Positions 14,066-19,117 of a DNA stretch of 19,117 bases are shown here, piece after piece (position 1 is the stretch's first letter; each line of letters starts with the position of its first letter). This DNA comes from an uncultured Spirochaetota bacterium (GTDB lineage Bacteria > Spirochaetota > Spirochaetia > SZUA-6 > Fen-1364). The stretch covers positions 1 through 19,117 of the forward strand of contig CAVUXE010000032.1 in the NCBI GenBank assembly GCA_963745235.1, given 5' to 3'. The position numbers were made by a program, and so were the translations under genes. The notes under the pieces are model-generated. The model saw only the letters and a program-made list of their open reading frames with translations. It did not search any database and was not told where the DNA came from.

Positions 14066-14099
14066 AATCACCTCATTTCTTGGCTGGATAGAGCATGTT

Positions 14100-14168
14100 T
14101 ACTTACCGGCCAGTCAGATATATTCTGTCGACAGTGAGCATAGCACAATACTTACCGGCCGACAAGTA
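14100..14168. promoter_or_regulatory. TetR operator pair and minus-strand promoter of the MFS-SDR operon
   Basis: TACTTACCGGCC occurs at 14100-14111 and 14149-14160; the second extends to the imperfect dyad TACTTACCGGCCGACAAGTA. Minus strand: TTGTCG (14165-14160), 17 bp, TATGCT (14142-14137) preceded by TGc. Confidence 0.72.
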
Positions 14169-14203
14169 AGATTATTCGGAATGATCCGCGGATGGGTAGA
14201 AAC

Positions 14204-14800
14204 ATGAACAAACGTCCAAAGGACATGAGAAATCGAATCCTGCAGGTAGCCCTCGAGCTCTTTACAAAGCAAGGCTACGACAAGACATCGTTGCGCGAGA
14301 TTGCAGAACGCCTTGAAGTGAGCAAGGCGGCACTCTACTACCACTTCATGTCAAAGGAAGACATGCTGCGCGCGCTCGTCGCGGGAATACCGCAGGCGTT
14401 CGATGAGCTCATTGCCTGGGGCGAAAGCTTGCCGAGATCAGTAGAGTCGCGGAAAGGAATTCTGCGACGCCTTGCCGCGTTGACCTCCGAGAAACTGAAT
14501 CCGGTTCTGCGTTTCGTTCAGGCCAACAGCACCGCAATCGAAGCAGTCAGTGGCGACAGAGAGTCAATGCATGAGGTATTTACTCCCGGACTCCGCAGAA
14601 TAGGCAAAATCCTTGTCGAACCGGGGGCGGATCTGACGGATCAAATCCGCGCCATTATTGCTGTGAATCTGATTATGATGGGGTCGCGCCCTATTCTGCC
14701 CGACGTCGGGCCGGAGGCGACTCCAGAGCTCGTATCGGAAGCCGTGCTTGACCTGGCCCTGGAGCTTGTCTCCAAACGCCAGGAGCCGCCCGGCTCCTGA
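14204..14800 (+). CDS. TetR/AcrR-family regulator
   Basis: RNRILQVALELFTKQGYDKTSLREIAERLEVSKAALYYHFMSKEDML. Start could be 14192, 14204 or 14225. Confidence 0.93.
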   Translation: MNKRPKDMRNRILQVALELFTKQGYDKTSLREIAERLEVSKAALYYHFMSKEDMLRALVAGIPQAFDELIAWGESLPRSVESRKGILRRLAALTSEKLNPVLRFVQANSTAIEAVSGDRESMHEVFTPGLRRIGKILVEPGADLTDQIRAIIAVNLIMMGSRPILPDVGPEATPELVSEAVLDLALELVSKRQEPPGS

Positions 14801-14892
14801 TTGATCGGCGGGCTCACAATGCTCCGTCCAAATGTTCCAGTCGGTTGGCCTGATTGCCGAGTCGCGGCGCAGCAGGTAGGATCGTTTGCACC

Positions 14893-15939
14893 GTGGGCCG
14901 ACCTCTGCGTCTTCTCTTCCTGTCCGACACCCATCTCGGTTTTGATGAGCCGCTGAGGCCGCGGTCTCGAAGGCCGCACCGGGGCGCGGATTTCTTCGCG
15001 ACCTATCATCGGGCGCTGGACGTCGCCCGCGTCGAGAGGGTAGATGCGGTTATCCACGGGGGTGACCTCTTGTACAGGAGCCGCGTGCCGGACTCTTTGG
15101 TCGACCGGGTGATGGCGCCACTCGTAGAGTTGGCAGAGGCGGGCATACCCGTGTTCGTGGTCCCTGGCAACCACGAGCGATCGTCCATACCGCGAACACT
15201 TTTCTCCCTGCACCACCGCCTCCACGTCTTCACCGAGCCGCGGACGTTCACCCTGACGATTGGCGACAGCCGGATTGCCATCGGTGGATTCCCCTTTGTC
15301 CGCGACGGAGTGCGCGAACGGTTCTCCCAGCTGGTGGCGGCTACCGGCCTGATGACCCAATCGTCGGACGCGCGGTTCCTCTGCATCCACCAGCTGGTCG
15401 AAGGGGCGCGCGTCGGTCCCTCTGGCCATGCGTTCCGCGACGGTGAAGACGTTGTGCGGGCTTCCGACTTGCCTCGCGGAGTGACGGCGGTCCTCTGCGG
15501 TCACGTGCATCGTTACCAGGTGTTGCGGGGGGATCTCTCGGGCAAGCCGCTTCCGGCTCCCGTCGTCTACGCCGGATCCACCGAACGGACCAGCTTTGCC
15601 GAGGTGGACGAGGCCAAAGGTTTCGTTTCCCTCGTGACCGGTCGGTCGAGCGGTCCCGCCAGGGACCAGCTGTCGATTGTCTTCCGCGCCCTTCCGGCGC
15701 GCCCTATGTATTGTCGGACACTTGGTTCCAGTCCGCTCTCAACGGCGCTTGCCCGATTCCGCTCCTCGCTCGCGCACGTAGATCCAGTCGGAATCCTGCG
15801 GATTCGCATCCCTGCGGATCTCGTCCCCGATTCCGCCCGGGTCATCGCAGCCGTCAAGGCAATGGTAGCGTCGACAATGATCCTGAGCTTCCGTCTGCCC
15901 CTGGAATCCAAACGCTTTTCCGGCTCGAACCGGTGTTGA
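14893..15939 (+). CDS. Metallophosphoesterase, SbcD/Mre11-like DNA repair exonuclease
   Basis: Motifs SDTHLG, GGDLL, PGNHE, CIH, CGHVH and YAGSTERTSFAE..EAKG. Start uncertain (14854 or GTG 14893). Confidence 0.88.
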   Translation: MGRPLRLLFLSDTHLGFDEPLRPRSRRPHRGADFFATYHRALDVARVERVDAVIHGGDLLYRSRVPDSLVDRVMAPLVELAEAGIPVFVVPGNHERSSIPRTLFSLHHRLHVFTEPRTFTLTIGDSRIAIGGFPFVRDGVRERFSQLVAATGLMTQSSDARFLCIHQLVEGARVGPSGHAFRDGEDVVRASDLPRGVTAVLCGHVHRYQVLRGDLSGKPLPAPVVYAGSTERTSFAEVDEAKGFVSLVTGRSSGPARDQLSIVFRALPARPMYCRTLGSSPLSTALARFRSSLAHVDPVGILRIRIPADLVPDSARVIAAVKAMVASTMILSFRLPLESKRFSGSNRC

Positions 15940-16819
15940 GCCACGTGTAGACGACGAGGGCCCGCTCGAACAGGAGCCACTGCGGCTCAGGAGGGCCGGG
16001 GTCCGGGCAGCCGGCCTTGCCTGCCCACCATTCGGGAACCACGCGGTTCGACCGTGCGACCAGCCGGCCTCGCTCAAAGAGGTAGTGCTCGATCTTCGGC
16101 GGCCGCGATTCGCTGACCACGAGCGTTCCGATGGTGAACGAGCGAACGAACGCCTGCCTGCGCAAGAAACTTCCGCAGAAGGAGAGCTGATCTCTGATCC
16201 TTGCGGCCCGTTCGAACTCCAGGTCGGCCGCCAGCCGCTTGATCTCTTCCCGGAGGGCAACGGTCAGGCCGTCATCGTGACCCAGCAGAAACCGCTCCGC
16301 TCCGGCCACGTCGGGTGCTTTTCCCCGGAGCCCTCCTCCAGCAGGCGGCCAGATGCCGAACCGCTCATCGAGAACCGCGACCAGCCGCTGCGCGTAGTAC
16401 CTGTCGAAGAACGGCCCATACGAATGAGAAGCCGCGGGATGATCCGTGATGCGTGCCGTGTGCGATCCGCCGTCGGACGACAGGTTCAGGTACACCTGGC
16501 ACGCGAGCTTGTTTTGCTTCCGGTTGTACGAGGGACGATGGGTCTTGATGAGATTGTCCTCGAGGAGCAGGGCCTCGAGCTCGGTGCCTGCGGCCAGCCA
16601 CGTCACATCCTGAGTCGCCGCCATCAGGGTCCGCTCCCGTTGGGTTTGCTCAGCATTCCTCGCGGCGTCTCCGCGCCCTTGCCGGACATGCTGGGCAACA
16701 CGGCGTCGCAGATCGTTCGCCTTTCCGACGTACAGGACGTTGCCGTGCCGGTCGCTGAACAGGTAGACCCCGGTGCGTGGGGGCAAGAGCGAAGCCTCTC
16801 CAATAGGTATCTTTCTCAT
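15854..16819 (-). CDS. GIY-YIG nuclease, UvrC N-terminal/Cho-like, with UVR domain
   Basis: GVYLFSDRHGNVLYVGKANDLRRRV, ELEALLLEDNLIKTHRPSYN, and UVR motif LAADLEFERAARIRDQL. Start placed at ATG 16819. Confidence 0.85.
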   Translation of the reverse strand: MRKIPIGEASLLPPRTGVYLFSDRHGNVLYVGKANDLRRRVAQHVRQGRGDAARNAEQTQRERTLMAATQDVTWLAAGTELEALLLEDNLIKTHRPSYNRKQNKLACQVYLNLSSDGGSHTARITDHPAASHSYGPFFDRYYAQRLVAVLDERFGIWPPAGGGLRGKAPDVAGAERFLLGHDDGLTVALREEIKRLAADLEFERAARIRDQLSFCGSFLRRQAFVRSFTIGTLVVSESRPPKIEHYLFERGRLVARSNRVVPEWWAGKAGCPDPGPPEPQWLLFERALVVYTWLNTGSSRKSVWIPGADGSSGSLSTLPLP

Positions 16820-16877
16820 GTGGTGGGTCGCATCCCCTGTCCCTCTGCAAGGAGCCGCTTGCTCAACCTGACTGTGG

Positions 16878-17726
16878 TCATGTGCCGGCGGACCACCCTG
16901 CGTCGAAGGGCCGCCCCGGCTCGTCCAGGTCCATGACAAGGGGCGCGTGGTCCGATGGAGTCGGCTTCCCCTTTCGCGCTTCACGATCGATCTCGGTCCA
17001 GACGACCCGCGGCACCAAGGGGTCGGAGATCAGAAGGTGATCGATCCTCATACCGATGTTCTTGTGGAAATTGCCGCTTCGGTAGTCCCACCACGTGTAG
17101 CGACCTGGCTCGGAGTGCCGAAGCCGATACGCGTCGGTCAGTCTCAGCGCAAGGAGTCTGCCGAACGCCTGGCGTTCCGGTGGTGAGACGTGGGTGCCGG
17201 CCGCGCAGGCCACCGGGTCCCAGACGTCCTTGTCCGCCGGCGCGACGTTCAAGTCCCCGCCGAGCACCAGCGGCTCGCTCATGTCAGCCGCCTCTCGAAG
17301 CCAGCCCTCAAGGAGCTCGAACCAGTCCAGCTTGGCGGCGTAGTGCGGCGAACCCACCGACCGGCCGTTTGGTGCGTAGAGCGAGACAACTCGCACGCCG
17401 CCGCAGATCGCGGCGATCATCCGCGCTTCCGCAAGCGGATTCACCTCCAGGCTGTCAGGGTCCCGGACGGCTTCCAGGGGCCGGCCGAAGTTCGTGACCA
17501 CCGCCTCCAGCCCGACGCGGCTCAGCACGGCCACCCCGTTCCACTGTCCCTGCCCATGGTGGGCGATCTCATAGCCGGCATCGCGGAAGACCTCCCGCGG
17601 GACGCTGCCGTCCTGGACCTTGGTCTCTTGCATCAGAAGAACGTCAGGGCGCGCCCGTTCCAGCCAGGCCAGAACCCGGTCCATCCGCGCCCTGAGAGAG
17701 TTGACGTTCCACGTTGCGATCCTCAT
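16878..17726 (-). CDS. xth: Exodeoxyribonuclease III (AP endonuclease)
   Basis: MRIATWNVNSLRAR, QETK, WNGVA, YAPNG, GDLNVAP, YTWWDYR, GMRIDH, PSDHAP. Confidence 0.95.
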   Translation of the reverse strand: MRIATWNVNSLRARMDRVLAWLERARPDVLLMQETKVQDGSVPREVFRDAGYEIAHHGQGQWNGVAVLSRVGLEAVVTNFGRPLEAVRDPDSLEVNPLAEARMIAAICGGVRVVSLYAPNGRSVGSPHYAAKLDWFELLEGWLREAADMSEPLVLGGDLNVAPADKDVWDPVACAAGTHVSPPERQAFGRLLALRLTDAYRLRHSEPGRYTWWDYRSGNFHKNIGMRIDHLLISDPLVPRVVWTEIDREARKGKPTPSDHAPLVMDLDEPGRPFDAGWSAGT

Positions 17727-17864
17727 TGCCAGACACACTCGCAGACGCCCGGCTCAGCGCGGGCAGCGTCGGCTCAGCTGCCACTGTAGCCGTTGCTCGA
17801 AGCCGCGGCAAGGCAACGGGATTAGCACCGAGACATACTGGCCATGTCGAAGCGGCTCCCTGGC

Positions 17865-19117
17865 TCATGCAAGTTGATACACCTGGATGGCCTCGTCATG
17901 GCCCTTGACGCGAACTGATCCAAGGGGCCGCGCCATTGGCGCGGCGTCACCCAGACCTTCCCATACCGCATGGGAAACGAGCAACCGAGAGCCGAAATCC
18001 TTGTTCAACTGCTCGATGCGCGAAGCGCAGTTCACCACATCTCCAATGATAGTGTACTCCTTCCGCTGGGCCGAGCCGACAGTGCCGGTGACGGCGTCTC
18101 CCGCGTCAAGGCCGATGCCAATCCGCGTGGAAGGGATCCGCCCCGCAGCAGTTAGCTCATCAAGGCGCGAAAGGATCTCCAGGGACGCGTCCACCGCATG
18201 CCTGCTGTCACTGGCGTCATCCAGTGGCGCTCCGAAAACCGCCATGAAGCCGTCACCCAAGAACTTGTTTACAATGCCGTGATGTCGATTGACGCTCTCT
18301 ATCATGAAGCCGAAGAGCGCGTTCAGGTAGCTGACCACTTCTCCTGGAGGCCGCTTTTCTGCGTAGGTGGTGAACCCGCGTATGTCCAGGAACATGAGCG
18401 TGACGCGCCGCACGTCACCACCCAATTCTCTGTGCTGCTTCAGCAGGCTTTCTGCCACGGCCGGCGACACGTGCTGGCCGAAGACTGCCATGACGCGGTT
18501 TCGCTCCTGCAAGGCACGAAAGGAACCGGCGAGCTGCCGTTTCACCCTCTCCGCGACAAACCCCACGGCGAATCCGGCCAGAAGGATAACAGGGGCGCGT
18601 GTCAGCGCGAGAGGAATGGCGGCAAACGTGGACGCAGAGACGTTCCGGGCAAAAAACAAGGCAAGCGTGCCGTACTCCAGAGCGGCTACGGCGGCCGTGA
18701 AGAGGGACAACCGGAAATCCAGCCTTAGCGTCGCAAGAACGATGAACAGGAAATAGAACAGAAACGGCGGCGACGAGAGCGCGGTCGCAGGGTCAAGGAG
18801 GCGGGCAGCGAGGATGATGGCCAGCGTCGGGAGACTCGCTTCCACAAAAGCATTCACGTAGCGTGCGATGAACGGGATCTCCCGGTCTTTCTTGAAGAAG
18901 CGTCCCGTGACGACGCGAGATAGAAGCTCGTAAGCCGTTGCGAGGCCCAACCCCACTGCCGGGAGAGCGGGGTTGTTGTGGAATAGAGGCGCATGAAGGC
19001 TCGGAAAGAGAAGCATCAACACCAGGTAGGTTATCAGCAGACTACCAAAAAGCACCGCAAGAATTGAAGTACGCGTCTTTTCGCTGGAAAGGGTTTCCCG
19101 GATCAGGGTTTGTTCGA
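17865..19117 (-). CDS. Membrane-anchored class III adenylate/guanylate cyclase (5' end outside the window)
   Basis: Hydrophobic N-terminal helices then FLDIRGFT, VNKFLGDG, RIGIG and EYTIIGDVVNCASRIE; the Lys/Thr pair suggests an ATP-specific class IIIb enzyme. The frame stays open from 19055 to the window edge. Confidence 0.92.
   Translation of the reverse strand, partial: EQTLIRETLSSEKTRTSILAVLFGSLLITYLVLMLLFPSLHAPLFHNNPALPAVGLGLATAYELLSRVVTGRFFKKDREIPFIARYVNAFVEASLPTLAIILAARLLDPATALSSPPFLFYFLFIVLATLRLDFRLSLFTAAVAALEYGTLALFFARNVSASTFAAIPLALTRAPVILLAGFAVGFVAERVKRQLAGSFRALQERNRVMAVFGQHVSPAVAESLLKQHRELGGDVRRVTLMFLDIRGFTTYAEKRPPGEVVSYLNALFGFMIESVNRHHGIVNKFLGDGFMAVFGAPLDDASDSRHAVDASLEILSRLDELTAAGRIPSTRIGIGLDAGDAVTGTVGSAQRKEYTIIGDVVNCASRIEQLNKDFGSRLLVSHAVWEGLGDAAPMARPLGSVRVKGHDEAIQVYQLA

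Noticed and set aside
17865-19117. Cyclase plus nearby nucleases as a Pycsar/CBASS-like defence system
   Set aside because: It is an ordinary membrane-anchored class III cyclase with ATP-specifying residues, and no cyclic-nucleotide-binding effector is adjacent within the window.

Overview
GC-rich bacterial accessory region with about 16 intact or near-intact CDS and 3 damaged genes. No RNA genes, CRISPR array or transposase were seen. The standout is a compact apparent operon at 2210-5124: a MerR-family regulator with a C-terminal CxxCx4CxxC motif, a flavodoxin, and a highly divergent acetyl-CoA synthase beta-subunit (AcsB/CdhC) homologue. That protein keeps all six A-cluster cysteines but has no CODH, CoFeSP, methyltransferase or Ni-insertase gene in the window. 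An HdrD/GlpC-like CCG-domain Fe-S protein lies immediately upstream. This block sits inside a second system, a MalT-like STAND/LuxR regulator with four copies of a ~35-bp tripartite motif (61-95, 121-155, 5137-5171, 7835-7869). The motif marks the promoters of the regulator, a DUF4386 gene, a small conserved protein plus a deletion-damaged DUF6326 gene, and a probable gene starting at the left window edge. Further right are a low-GC VOC gene, two TetR-controlled divergons (TetR/DUF4386 and TetR/MFS-SDR-AhpD), a DNA-repair trio (SbcD-like, Cho/UvrC-N-like, xth) and a class III adenylate cyclase cut by the right edge. All family calls come from motif recognition and memory; no database search was run.
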